Numbered from the whole stretch's first letter, positions 12,838-26,293 are shown. The stretch: DNA of 56,414 nucleotides, filler included, from Trichosphaerium sp. ATCC 40318 (GCA_038496445.1; 2 parts of 2 records of this genome joined end to end with filler, not necessarily neighbours in it), one strand, 5' to 3'. Translations and numbers: made by a program. The notes: generated from the letters alone by a model not told the origin.

Positions 12838-13376
12838 TCAAGCGTTGTACATGCTTAGAAATGGTTTTCAGATGTGAAATTAACTTGCAGTCATACCCAG
12901 TGCATATAACTGCGTAGTCATAAAATATTGTTTGATCTTCAAGTATGATGAGTTTCGGTGTCATTTTTTTTACTTTTCCTTTTACAAACGTTGAAGCGGT
13001 GAGGATTTTGTTGTGCTGTTAGATAAACGTTAGTGTAACTTCTACGCACAGGAGGGTCTACAGACAAGCCACGCACCGAAACAACGAGGTTTTTTAGTTT
13101 TTCAATGCATGTCTCTATTGACGTCTCAAAACAGTGTGATATGCTGTATGGTACTGCTTCAAAGTATTCCTTTTGAAATCAAATAAGGTAAAAAGGAAAA
13201 ATGTACTCATTTTGTACAGAATCATCTATGAGTGTCAAGTCATAACTAGCGTATTTGTCTAACTATTGAGCTAACGCAGAACCTGACAAAAAAGGTTTAA
13301 ACAGCTAATTTGTGAAAAACAACGCTAGTTTACCTGCAATTCCCCCTCCAATTATCACAACATGCTTTGTAGTCAT
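12838..13376 (-). pseudogene. AIF/FSP1(AMID)-like pyridine nucleotide-disulphide oxidoreductase, truncated pseudogene
   Basis: MTTKHVVIIGGGIAG (FAD Rossmann motif), DLTLIDD, FVKGKVKKMT, IFYDYAVICTG. In-frame TAG at 13263-13265, and the gene ends after the first domain. Confidence 0.7.
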
Positions 13377-13457
13377 TGTAGGCTCGTTCTCGGCTCTGAC
13401 ACGAACTTAGACTGTTCTTGACCTTTGCACAACACAAACAGCACCAAACAAGCAGCA

Positions 13458-14013
13458 ATGTTCCGTGCGTTCGCGTGCAGAGCCAACCACGACCATAGGA
13501 TTGCGCCACGTGCTTTTAATCGCAATATAAAAGTTAGAAGCAGGAAACCTCCTGAGAAGCCTAAACCGAAAAAAATTAACTATGGTCAACGCGTTGGTGA
13601 AGAATTCAACCGCTTGCATGACAAATTGGAAGAAAAAGAGCTACACACTGGTAAAAAGGCAACAGAGGAAGAAAGAGTGAAGTTAGAGATTCAAATGAAC
13701 AGAGCACAATCAAAAATAAGGTTTAGTAGCGTATTTCATCGCCTTAACAACTAACCGCGTCTACAGGGAGGAAAAGATTGCTGAAATGAAAGCAGATCCA
13801 GAATTTGATTTTGACAGCAAATTCGAGGTTGTCGAAGGAAACAGGCCCATAAGCGATCAATTAACATAACTATACATGTACAATACAGAAAACAACATTA
13901 GAGACCACCTGTCAGTGAGTGTATTTACAATTCGCCCAAAAAACCCCAGTTCCTGTCCCTACATGTAGCGCAAAGCAAGGAAACTAAGATCTAACGCTTC
14001 CAGTGCTGTTTGA
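13458..14013 (+). CDS. Hypothetical protein with a mitochondrial-presequence-like N-terminus
   Basis: MFRAFACRANHDHRIAPRAFNRNIKVRSRK is Arg-rich and nearly free of acidic residues. Two predicted introns; ends RKARKLRSNASSAV*. Head-to-head with the AIF-like gene. Confidence 0.55.
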
Positions 14014-14051
14014 GATGCCCACGATGGTACAAAAAGCGCTACAATAAACAC

Positions 14052-15483
14052 CTACATCGTATTAAAGAAGAAAATGTAATACACCAATTTGAATGAATAA
14101 GGCGCGAGGACCAAGGTGAGAGGATTACGTACCACTACTGTGAAGAAGATATAAGAATTTACGAAGTAACCAAGATACTGAAATTGTAAAAATTTCTTAG
14201 CTAGATGAAGATCTCGTTGTCCAATATAAGTATCTCTTGATGATGCCTTGCTCTTTGTAATCTCTACAATAATTATAATCCAACCAATGCATTGTAAAAT
14301 CATTGTGAACATCTACAAAGTGTTAAAACGAAAACTTCAAACCCGTTTTTGTTTATGCGAAAAAAAACTATAACACGTACGTGTATGTAACCAGATACGA
14401 AAGAAGCGGCTAATCCACAAACTACAAAACCACCCCAAGGACCTTAAAGCCATAAGTTTAATCAATCTTTAGTCTTAGAAATAAAAGTTTACCAAAAAGT
14501 TTCAGAGATCCAGTGACGCCACTTTTACGGTTACTTGGCCATCCAGAAGCCAATAAATGAATCATAACCATAAATGAAAATCTTTGTATGTAGAATACAG
14601 CATAGTACGGAAGTGTGAGCCACAACGGAGACGTACCTTAGCACCGTTAAATTAAGTTTGTTCTGCAATTTTTTTTGTAATCCGTACCAGCTTTTTCCAT
14701 GTACCAATACGCTGCAGCAACACCACACCACACAATTTTTAATACAGGCAACCCAAACATAAACTTGTGAATGTATCGAGATTTCTAAATGTCAAAATGT
14801 CAAAAAGTGACATTGCACTGCCATTTTCAAAAAAATTACAATTTTCGTACATCTCTCAAATAAAACCAAGCTGGTAGTACCAATACCCATAGTACTCCTA
14901 GAACACCAAAACATATCATCATATACTCAAAATCTGTAGTGATATGGCTATTAGGGTTGACAAGCCTCATGTGAATCTGATAGTTATGTGAATATGTAGT
15001 TTTTCAAAAAATATCCGTACAGATGATGTTGTATTCAATTTATAGCAATCTATAGCGTAAAAATCTAACGTAGCGGTAGTTTTAATATCGAGGACGCCTG
15101 TTGAGTTGTAGCTTAAGGTATTAGGAGGTATAGCACATGGGCTTGGTACACCATTCGAAATACGGCATAAGCTGGCGTTTGGCGTCATAAATGTTTCTTT
15201 AAATTGTGCTGCAGTGCATCCAACAATGTGTACAAGCGAAGTTTTGTTACTCTAGACGTTGTCAATTGACTAGTGGCTTATACAACAATCGTACAATACT
15301 TGTGACAGTTAAAGACGCCGTTCCACCCGATTTGAACCCAAAACTATGTTTGTTATTACATAATACAGAAATATAATATTACCGTATTAAATGCGAAATC
15401 CTCTCTGTGTTTGGAACGTTTATGGTTGTTTCAAACGAGGTAACCATAATAATCAACGACAATGCCAATAAAATCAAACGCAT
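14052..15483 (-). CDS. GOST-family (GPR107/GPR108-like) membrane protein
   Basis: Signal peptide MRLILLALSLIIMVTS and a lumenal Cys/N-glycan domain. TM region with RYIHKFMFGLPVLKIV, IHLLASGW, ILQCIGWIII and KKFLQFQYLGYFVNSYIFFTVVV, resembling Lung_7-TM_R motifs. Confidence 0.55.
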
Positions 15484-16242
15484 AGTTACAGCACCAAGTA
15501 GGGGTGTTGGTGTAACGATTGCGGCGATGTTGACTTAAATCACTCGTGCTAAGTGGCTGAGCTCCAAGTGCCATGGACAGAGAAGGTACGTACTTGTGAC
15601 TCATGGAAAATGTTAACAACAGAAACAATAGTGTTTTTGAACAGTCAACCGTTTCTGCAACGCTATGAAGAATATGGAAGTGGCGTCAATGATGCTATGA
15701 ACAACCAACACCAAATTTTTGAAGGGCTTTGCCACTTTGAACATTTTCCAACCAAAAAGTATTGTTTTAGCGTTTTAACTTACTTCAACAATGCTTACAC
15801 ACTTTGTAGAACAATGCACTTTGCTGTAACAAATTCTAACCAAAATGCAACGCAAACGGTACAACAACGCAGTTTACAACAAATTTACGTTATCTTTAGC
15901 GTCTAAAGCTGATATTGATTCGTGAAGGCGAAAACACCTCGTGCGTTATTTCATCTATCCGCAATTTATACCTTACCCTACATAGTACCAAGTTGATGGC
16001 AGTATTCAATGAGCAATGGTTTTATATTGTCAATCACGTGAGCATAACGTTGATTGCAGTTGTACCATCTTTAGAAGGCAAACATGGTTTTTTCAAGAAA
16101 AATGCATTTTTTGTAATTGGCGTTATTTTGCTTGGCAGTATAGTGCACTTCTAACGCATACCATAGACTATTTGACATTAGTTTCTGAAAACAAATTACC
16201 ACAGAGACCAGCTCACGTATTTGTTATGTTCCCTTCTCTCAC

Positions 16243-16910
16243 AATGATATACTACACATCAAACACGACTACTACCTGGCAGAATGATCACGAACAACTT
16301 CACGGGTAATATCCAAGGTGAAAGTGATTCTTAACAACATATAGATCAATGAAAACAATGCTCCAATCGCTTGGTAAACAAACTGAGACAGAACCAAAAC
16401 AAAACAGTCAAAACTTCAAATTGATTGAACAGCAGCTTGAAGGTCTCAAGCTTCGAGGCTTATCTTTTGTGAGTATGCTGGGTAACGCATGTGAAGCATA
16501 TGGTAGTCATTCTGTAACAAACGTAGAGTGCGTATATGTCAAATCCGTCACATTGACAAGGGTTAATAGAGCGGTTGATACAGAGCAAGTTAAATCTGTT
16601 CTTAACGATATTTTTAATACTCAAAAAAAGATTCAAGGTGATACTAAAGCTATATCAAGTACGAAGGCAATTTTTGAAGAACGAATGCAACAAGCAGAGA
16701 AAGAGTCCAAGAGTTGCATTGCATCTATTTGCGAACGAGCAAATAAGAAACAAATCCCAAATGTAGTAAGTAAAATCAAGTTAATTTTATTTTTGTGCTT
16801 ACTGTTTTAAGACATGCAGAGAAAAATTAGAGCAATTGACGTCACAATTAGAAAAAGATTTTGACTTGTCTCTAAGTTGTGATATAGCGAAATGTGTATA
16901 CGGTGTAAAT
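16243..16910 (+). CDS. Hypothetical coiled-coil protein
   Basis: ORF 16349-16810 flanked by plausible introns; helical, Q/E/K-rich; no recognisable motif. Confidence 0.35.
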
Positions 16911-17185
16911 ATGTAAAATACAAAAACAATATCGACAATTTTACAGTAAAAAATGTATTTCACATACTTATGCTGTCGCTACATAGTTGGCCGTAGCACA
17001 ATAATGTTCTGAAAGGTTGCAAGAACGGGATTGACCAGCTTGCTTTTGTTTGGTTTGTGCCTTTCTATCACTAGTATCAACAACAGCGTAACGTATTGCT
17101 TTAACTACCAATACTTTAATAATTCAGTACAAATAAACGAGGCCTCAATTAGTTCAACCTACATCAATACCTAGGAACGTACAAC

Positions 17186-20100
17186 ATGGAGAGTGAGTTT
17201 TCAGGGGGTACAAAGCTTTTTAGCCTGTTTTTAGCTCACAGGCGTTGTAGTAGAGTTACAACCCGTCACAAGGCCTAAAACTCAATCCAAAGTTAATTTG
17301 GTACGTTTACTCTGTTTGGCCTAATACGTAACTATACTAATAAGAATCAACGCTTACTTGTCATCGTAGGGAGACCCAGGGCTGTACCCAGCTAACTTTC
17401 AAGATCCTGATTACCGCAAACACTTCGTTCCATGGAATCAATTCGTTGCGCTTCTTTCCGACCTGACCCGCTCCGGTGAGCGCACAAAGAGCACTTATGG
17501 AGTGAGTACAATCCAAACTAGCGTATTTTAAGACATACTTATTTCCTACGCGTGTAGGGTAACGTAGGCGTTAATGAATCCAAGTTCCTCGCCCTAGTAG
17601 AGGATTCTGTCACAAATTTGAACTCGTTCTGCAACGAAAAGGTAGAAGATCTTAAAACTGATATTACGTTTCTACGACGTAAAGTGGAGCGTAAAGTAGG
17701 ACCAGAAGAAAGACCTATGCGTACGAACAACGATGGCTTTTTTGGTTTTATTTCCTTGTTTGGGACTTACTATTCGACTAAACTACGCTTGCAGGTACTA
17801 CCAAATTGGTGGTACAAGAGATAGATAGAGCTGCAGAGGCTATACTTACGCTAGACCAATTTGTTGGTCAAAACTTTATAATGATCATTTCGCTGGTCGC
17901 AAGGCATGACAAGATTATGGGTGTGCCTACAATTAAATAGTACGATTTGGACACGCTCCAAAGTTCTATTGTTTGGCTTCGCACTAACGCTTCTCAGCTG
18001 GACAAATCGTCTAGAAAAGGAAGATTTTACAAATGTTATCTTCCCTGGATTGCTCGTAGGGTTATCCGATATAAGACGTGCTTTATCAGGTGATACTGAT
18101 AAAAAAGCAGCTAAGGCTCTAAAGAGCGCTGTTATTCAAAGCCAGTACAAATCTCAGAAATTTTGGTACGCGTAGAAGAGACAGCTAACGAGCTTTATGT
18201 TCATTTTTCTCGCACAGGGTTCGATTGCAAGATGTTATTAAGGCTAAAACTATGGTTTTAAAATACGTGCCTTGCGTAAAAACTGGGTACAAAAAAGGTG
18301 CGTGTTTGGAATGGAAAAACAAAAAAAAAACCAAACTCGTTCTCTTTCTTATAAAAAGCGTTGTTGCTCGTTAAAAGTAATATGCGATGGCGTGCTGATA
18401 ATGTGAAAAGGAAAATTCAATAAGGAGAAAGCATTTGATCAGCCAGATTATGATACAAGGACTGTAGTGTTTTTTGATGATGATCAGTTATCAGTCTACA
18501 ATTCTAGGTTAGCTGGTCAGGATTGTTACTCGTTTAACGTGGCATGGTACCATCTTTTTATTGAGTAGCTTATAGCGTATTAAAGATGCTCTTAGGAAGC
18601 ATGACGTGGAAAAAGAGGGCGAAAACGATTTTGTAATCGCACAGAGAAAAGCTCATTACACAACAGCGGGACAGAGTAATGTCGAGTCTATACCATTAAA
18701 ATATAAGCAAGTGTCTCAGTTCTTAGGAGGTAGATGGCAATGGGAGTTACTAGGCGATAGACTTCTTGACAATAGTACGTATTGCTTTACCATCTCTACA
18801 AAACTTCCTTTTTTGCGCTAATACTTCGCTTTAGGTAAAATTACAGACGATCAGTACAAGAAAACATCTAAAGTAGCTGGTGAAGTACAGAAATTCATTC
18901 TAGGTGGAGGTTTAAAGCCTACAGTAAAAGTTATCTACAATCGGTAATGGTTTTCGCTATCTTTTTGAAGTACAGGTCTACAAGTTTACTAACGTACTGG
19001 TATAGTTCTGCATACTTTTTTACCAATTCAGACGATAGAATTGTACTCGATACGAGCATTTCGATGGTTAAGGAAAAATCATACAGTGCGTCAATCTACT
19101 GTATGCTTTATGGCTTTTCTGACGATTTATTAAAGCCAAAAAGGGACAATGGACAAGAGATATGACATCTCTACGCGAAGACCAAGAATGCGTAAGAATT
19201 TCTTTCAAGCTCTTTTAGAGGTTGCAGTGATAGTTCTTTTTGTTTATTTGGTTTTTATTAGTTGTTTCCATTTGCTACACTAGAAATGCGCTACGATGTG
19301 TCAAACCCACCAAAATGGGCCACAGATTTGCTTCAATCAGGTCTTCTCATTCTTGTAGACGATTTCTCAAAGTTTCTACATGGTGAGCGTGCAACTACTT
19401 GCAAACCAATCCTCTAAAAACGCGTTTAGGCAGTGCTATGTTCAATCCAAAGGCTCAAAATCAACCACATTGGTAAGCACTTTTTGGCTTAGTTGTAGGG
19501 CCTCTTTATCTTACCAGGGGACATAGGTTTGCTAACCCTGGTGCTCTATTACTTGGTGTAAAGGGTGGTAGATGGTACACGTTCGCAACTCAGCTTGCTA
19601 ATGAAATGGGTATGTGATTATGTTTGGAAAGAAAAACAACATGCGAGCAGCTTCTTTTCTATCTCTTACCTACTTTTAGCTATAAGAAGGAATACACATG
19701 CGCCAATAAGTATATCGCCGCCACCTATGAATTCATCTCCTAGAGAACGCATACGGTGTACGTACTAACAACTAACCAAGGTTGTTTTACCATCTGCATG
19801 AAAACCCTATTGTCTTACTCGCTCACTCATGTAATAATAGCTGGATCTAAAGTACCTCCTGTAAGTTTAAGAGAAAGTAGTGCTCCAGTAGATTCGAAAC
19901 GCTTGCAGCAAAATATACGTATAGAACCTAAAACGTTCTTTGCAAATGAAAGGTAGTTTTTTTTTTGTAAGCTTATTTTTAAATTACTTCTCTAGGACTA
20001 TGTTGCAATGGGTTAATAGTGTAGTACTTCTTGCTACAGTTGGTCTAGCACTTGTTTCACTTGGAAACAGTGGTGCTCGGATAGCAGGTAAGTGTCATAC

Positions 20101-20473
20101 GCAATGACAAAGGAAATATTTTACAAGTTTTTTTGAGTACTTACACCACATGCAAAGGTTTCATTCTTGGTCCAGTTTCTATCATTTTTGCAATTTATGC
20201 ACTAGTTATCTACCATATTCGTAGACGTGCTATTCGTGCAAGGAGGAATACAAACGCTTATGACGATCGTATAGGACCTTACGTTTTAGTTCCAATACTT
20301 ATTGTACGAATGGTTGTCTTTTACTTGTTCTCGCTAATGATTTTTGTTAGATCGCCATTATTGTCTCTGGTGTATTTTCAGCACTAGAATCAGGGGTAAG
20401 TCACAAAGAAATAAGTTGCTCTTACAATGTACTAACGTTTTTTTAATAGACAAACCTCGCTTCTGCATTTTAA
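17186..20473 (+). CDS. Vacuolar transporter chaperone (VTC) subunit: degenerate SPX + VTC (TTM) domain + DUF202 transmembrane module, Vtc4/Vtc2-3-like
   Basis: SQKFWV, VFFDDDQLSVYNSRL, AQRKAH, LKPTVKVIYNRSAY, RIVLDTSISMVKE, FPFATLEMR, PPKWA, DFSKFLHG, RIEPKTFFANERTMLQW and YDDRIGP are all collinear with yeast Vtc4. Confidence 0.85.
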
Positions 20474-21100
20474 ATTAACTATTTGCGCTTCGCAGCTGTA
20501 ACATAAATAAAAAGGCCTTAAATGGATTTTTACGACTTTTCTCACCATCCGTTTCCAGCTATTGGCAATGCACGAAACAGATGAAAGTGTGATTTAAATA
20601 CATATGTTGCTCTACAGTAGACATTTTTGGAAATGCGTATTTACGAGACAAATATGCCAAAATTATGAGTTTTCTGAAATACCGAAATGTTTCAGAACCC
20701 AGTGGAGTTGCGACCATCAGCCAATGTAGGGTACCTTCACATACTCGTGTGCAAATCTTTACAAACCACTTTTTATTGTGTTTGGTTTTCTCTTGCTTTA
20801 AAATAAGTTTGCAATCTGCTTTCTACCAGATCCATCAGTCATCTTTACCTTACTTTACTTTCTTAAATAAACAAACTTTGGGGCTTTGGCTATATGGATC
20901 TTTTTGTACATAAATATTTTTTGTGGCAATCAGGCTTTGCTGGACCATGTCATATATCAGCTTTCTCGAGGCTCCACAAACACAAGGGAGGAGCTGAGGA
21001 GGAGACAATACTTGTAAAATAGAACTTGTTACGGACCGTCAAAGCGAATCTTGACCAATCGGGTAAAGTAATAGTAAAAAATACGCTTGACAGAGCCCTA

Positions 21101-22345
21101 ATGGCTTCGTTTTCGTATTACATACCTGTTTTGGCTTTTTTGGTAGTGTGCGTTGCGTCTAAAGACGTTACAGGTACATACAGTAAGTATTCTGACACTA
21201 AAACGTTACAGTTGATTTTACTTCGCCAATAAGATATTGGGACGGTTTTGGGGTACTGAATTGAACACAACGAAGCGTGGCACTATCTAAATCAAACACT
21301 AGCTAAACTACGTTGAAACGGCCCAAACGCTAAACTATAGTGCATGGCAACAAGATTACGGCGGTTTTAGTATAATGTCGTCCGATGATAGAGCAAAAGT
21401 AATGGAACTTTTCTTTGGCAAAGACGGCTTACGTCCAGGTTAGTTAAAGCTGCTGTTACTAGACAGATATATTGTAATACCAATACACAGGTTTGTTAAA
21501 AATGTTTCTTGATCCATTCCACGAGGGATACACTATTGCTGGCACGTGATTTTTTTTTTGAAAAACTTTTCGAAAACACAACTTTTCTTACAACAATTCG
21601 TTTAGGTAACGATAATGGCGACCCTTATGTTTTGAATATGCCAGGTTTTGATCATACTACAACGACCAAAAATCAGTTATTTCATGCGACAGAAGGGCTT
21701 AAAATGATCAAGGAATGGGGGTACGACAAAATTGTAATTGTTTACAATTCTCTGAATGCATACTGTTTAGGGGTACGCTCAAAGTACTAGCTGGAATGTA
21801 CGGTCCAGCTGGCTGGGTAACTAAGGAGAGAAAAATAAGGTCCAGAGACCTTGATCCTGAACGTAAATATGAATGTGGAGAGTACCTAGTTTCTTGGGCA
21901 AAATTTCTGAAAACCAAAGGTCTACCAGTACATGCTATATCCCTTCACAACGAAGGCGAGGATGGCGGGCCTGACCGATATCCTACACATCCAGGTTAGT
22001 CAGAAAGGAGCATGCATCGTTTCTCATGCCACTTAGGGCAAGACTATGACATGTTTTGGCCTGCAGATCAGATTGTCGAGTTTATAGTATTCCTTCGTGA
22101 TATGCTTGACAAAGATGACCTGGATGAAGTACTCATATCACCGGGTAGGCAATAATTTGTTAAACTAACTAAGAGTAAAACAAGGCGAGACATCCAGTTT
22201 GGACCATTTGATTTCGTTTAACATTTCAACTGCAATTTCGTCAAACCCAGAAGCACTAAAGAATCTTGGTATTATAACCTCACATGGGTTCGGAAGTGCC
22301 GACAATAGGGCTATAAATATGTTGCGTGAAAAGAGTAATAGAAAA
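21101..22345 (+). CDS. Secreted clan GH-A (GH30-like) glycoside hydrolase, 3'-truncated by the inversion junction
   Basis: Signal peptide; RYWDGFG, LFFGKDGLRPGLLKMFLDPFH, MYGPAGW, GLPVHAISLHNEGE (acid/base NE), ITSHGF. The sequence switches to the inverted repeat at 22339 before the nucleophile strand. Confidence 0.7.
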
Positions 22346-24224
22346 TGCAGTACTAGGGGAATACCAAGACGATTTGTTGAAGAGATAAGCATCCTTGGTT
22401 GCGAATTTTCATAACTTTAAACTGGTTCTGAGATCATAAGATATTTAACAGGCTCTGAACCTCTGGTACATTACTGAATATAACTCAAATATTCATCTAA
22501 GTATTTTACCCTAGAATTATGAAACGTGGTTAAAAGAAAACGCACACTTGTTCCTTGTGAACAAAGAAGAAGACTCAAAAGTTCACCCAATTCGAAGTAA
22601 AATCTTTCCTCTAGCAATTATGTTCCTACTTGAGCTTTTGCTAGCTAGGCTGAACCGAGTACTGTGCATGATGAACGACCTAATTTTTCAAAGCACATAA
22701 TGTAACTACCGAAAATACAGCGCGACAGCACACGTCTTGTTGTGTGAATGGGCTTTTTTTCCTCAGATTGTTAAAGATACGTCTCCTCCAAGTACGTTTT
22801 AAGTTTTCACAAACGTCAACATTTTTGGCAGGAAAATAGACGGCTATACAATGACGATGAGCAAACTACGTAATTGGTGTTTTAAGTAACCTCGAGTAAC
22901 AACGGAAAGTTGCTCAGTAACAAGCATTGGTTTTTCAAAGGAAAAGGAAAAAGATATGAGTTGTCTGGTTCACGTAATATGTCACCTCGCAAAAATCATC
23001 ACCAAACACCGCTTTTCAGCCTCTCAGAGCGTTTTAGTCGGAATCACCTCCTACTTTCACGGAACACGATAGTATTACGATAAATAGCATTGTATCACTA
23101 TAATAGAGACTTCTATAGCGTGAAGACTAGTTTTCCTTGAGCCAGCGAAAACAAAAAAGAACAAACTTTTCAACTACTTTTCAAATACTTTTTGAAAACA
23201 AATAAAATTTTTGTCGAAGTGCTTTCAAATACATCAAGGAACGCTGTCACAACACTTGTTTTCATTGTTGAGAATATGCTACCATTATTACCAGACCTTG
23301 CACCTTTAGTAGATGTTCTTGAGAAAATACATATGGCAGGATACTGTCACAGGTAACATTCTTCAAAAAAAAATAGAACCAAGTTTCTTTTGTACTAATT
23401 CTCACTTCTGTAGGGATGTGAGCATCAGCAATATCATTGTTTATGATGACGAGCCTTATCTAATTGATTTTGCTACTGCTGTTCCTGTTGATGCAATCAT
23501 CTTGTTTGCTGGTACAACAATGTTTGCTGCTCATGAGGTAATTGAAAATGTAGCAAAATGTGTAGCATTTCAGTTTCGACCTGAATATGATTTGCATTCT
23601 CTAGTGTGCATATACATTGCTATAAATGAGTGGCAGCAATACCAACACATCCTGAAAGCGTATAATGAAGTTGTATGGAAGTCCAAGTGCTTTAACTCAA
23701 CAAAGTACAAGGCCTATCTAACAATTTGGAAAGTTGTACTCTGCGATGAAAATAGAGTGCACTATAAAAAGCTGTATGCTCTAGCAAGCAATTGTGATTA
23801 TGAAGGGTTAAGGGCATGGTTTGAAGATGATCAAGACTTTCAAGCAAAATGACTTGCAATACCTGACACTTGCTTGCCTCCTTTTAGCTAGTATAAGCTA
23901 AGCTTAAAAAGAAGTGTTCAATTTGTACTGTTCACTTTCTTAAAAGAAGACAGCTTGTTGCCACTGTGCAAGCACACTTTATTATCAGATTCGGTCTACA
24001 GCATCTCTACTCTCATCACTGCTATTTTCTGAGTCTTTGACTATAATTTCGCCCTGCTTTTGCTTTTCTACAATGTGAGAATTAGTAAAGCCAACAAGAA
24101 CAAAAAAAAATTTGAATTCTTGTTGAAAAACATGCTACAATACTCCCTCCAGAGCATCGCCCACACTAAGGAGCTCTTTGTGCCTCCCATTTTAATATTT
24201 TTGTCAAAGACAAACACATGCTTC
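22339..24224 (-). repeat. Copy 2 (inverted) of 10546-12435
   Basis: Reverse complement of copy 1, with an identical 179-aa kinase-fragment ORF at 23313-23852. Confidence 0.95.
23230..23852 (+). pseudogene. 5'-truncated protein kinase, copy 2
   Basis: Same translation as copy 1. Confidence 0.65.
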
Positions 24225-26293
24225 CCATCTAGTGGCCAATCAGTATTCGCATCAAATGACTTAAAGTGATCATGGATGGAATCTTAGTGGAAGCTAGCAT
24301 AGTGTCTGATTGTTTGAGGTATCAAATCAAGAGGTTGATGTAATTATTGTCATTAATCACCTTTTTATTATGTTTCAGAGACAATGGCTTAAGTTAACAA
24401 ATAAAACTCTGAAAGCCAAGGTCAAGGCAGATTTGAAGCATGTGTTTGTCTTTGACAAAAATATTAAAATGGGAGGCACAAAGAGCTCCTTAGTGTGGGC
24501 GATGCTCTGGAGGGAGTATTGTAGCATGTTTTTCAACAAGAATTCAAATTTTTTTTTGTTCTTGTTGGCTTTACTAATTCTCACATTGTAGAAAAGCAAA
24601 AGCAGGGCGAAATTATAGTCAAAGACTCAGAAAATAGCAGTGATGAGAGTAGAGATGCTGTAGACCGAATCTGATAATAAAGTGTGCTTGCACAGTGGCA
24701 ACAAGCTGTCTTCTTTTAAGAAAGTGAACAGTACAAATTGAACACTTCTTTTTAAGCTTAGCTTATACTAGCTAAAAGGAGGCAAGCAAGTGTCAGTATT
24801 GCAAGTCATTTTGCTTGAAAGTCTTGATCATCTTCAAACCATGCCCTTAACCCTTCATAATCACAATTGCTTGCTAGAGCATACAGCTTTTTATAGTGCA
24901 CTCTATTTTCATCGCAGAGTACAACTTTCCAAATTGTTAGATAGGCCTTGTACTTTGTTGAGTTAAAGCACTTGGACTTCCATACAACTTCATTATACGC
25001 TTTCAGGATGTGTTGGTATTGCTGCCACTCATTTATAGCAATGTATATGCACACTAGAGAATGCAAATCATATTCAGGTCGAAACTGAAATGCTACACAT
25101 TTTGCTACATTTTCAATTACCTCATGAGCAGCAAACATTGTTGTACCAGCAAACAAGATGATTGCATCAACAGGAACAGCAGTAGCAAAATCAATTAGAT
25201 AAGGCTCGTCATCATAAACAATGATATTGCTGATGCTCACATCCCTACAGAAGTGAGAATTAGTACAAAAGAAACTTGTTCTATTTTTTTTTGAAGAATG
25301 TTACCTGTGACAGTATCCTGCCATATGTATTTTCTCAAGAACATCTACTAAAGGTGCAAGGTCTGGTAATAATGGTAGCATATCCTCAACAATGAAAACA
25401 AGTGTTGTGACAGCGTTCCTTGATGTATTTGAAGCACTTCGACAAAAATTTTATTTGTTTTCAAAAAGTATTTGAAAAGTAGTTGAAAAGTTTGTTCTTT
25501 TTTGTTTTCGCTGGCTCAAGGAAAACTAGTCTTCACGCTATAGAAGTCTCTATTATAGTGATACAATGCTATTTATCGTAATACTATCGTGTTCCGTGAA
25601 AGTAGGAGGTGATTCCGACTAAAACGCTCTGAGAGGCTGAAAAGCGGTGTTTGGTGATGATTTTTGCGAGGTGACATATTACGTGAACCAGACAACTCAT
25701 ATCTTTTTCCTTTTCCCTTTGAAAAACCAATGCTTGTTACTGAGCAACTTTCCGTTGTTTACTCGAGGTTACTTAAAACACCAATTACGTAGTTTGCTCA
25801 TCGTCATTGTATAGCCGTCTATTTTCCTGCCAAAAATGTTGACGTTTGTGAAAACTTAAAACGTACTTGGAGGAGACGTATCTTTAACAATCTGAGGAAA
25901 AAAGCCCATTCACACAACAAGACGTGTGCTGTCGCGCTGTATTTTCGGTAGTTACATTATGTGCTTTGAAAAATTAGGTCGTTCATCATGCACAGTACTC
26001 GGTTCAGCCTAGCTAGCAAAAGCTCAAGTAGGAACATAATTGCTAGAGGAAAGATTTTACTTCGAATTGGGTGAACTTTTTGAGTCTTCTTCTTTGTTCA
26101 CAAGGAACAAGTGTGCGTTTTCTTTTAACCACGTTTCATAATTCTAGGGTAAAATACTTAGATGAATATTTGAGTTATATTCAGTAATGTACCAGAGGTT
26201 CAGAGCCTGTTAAATATCTTATGATCTCAGAACCAGTTTAAAGTTATGAAAATTCGCAAACCAAGGCATGCTTATCTCTCTCAACAAATCGTC
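24219..26293 (+). repeat. Copy 3 (direct) of 10329-12405, running into the contig end
   Basis: Forms a ~1.9 kb-arm palindrome with copy 2 around a ~210 bp spacer. Confidence 0.95.
24806..25430 (-). pseudogene. 5'-truncated protein kinase, copy 3
   Basis: Same translation as copy 1. Confidence 0.65.

Noticed and set aside
13263-13265. In-frame TAG as stop-codon reassignment or readthrough
   Set aside because: Long ORFs in the window lack in-frame TAR, TAG appears to end other genes (8344, 55298), and this gene is also truncated.
10329-24224. Inverted ~2 kb repeats as TIRs of a composite transposon carrying 12436-22338
   Set aside because: At 12435 an exon reads straight through the supposed element end, there is no transposase or TSD, and both novel junctions show microhomology, which fits template switching better.
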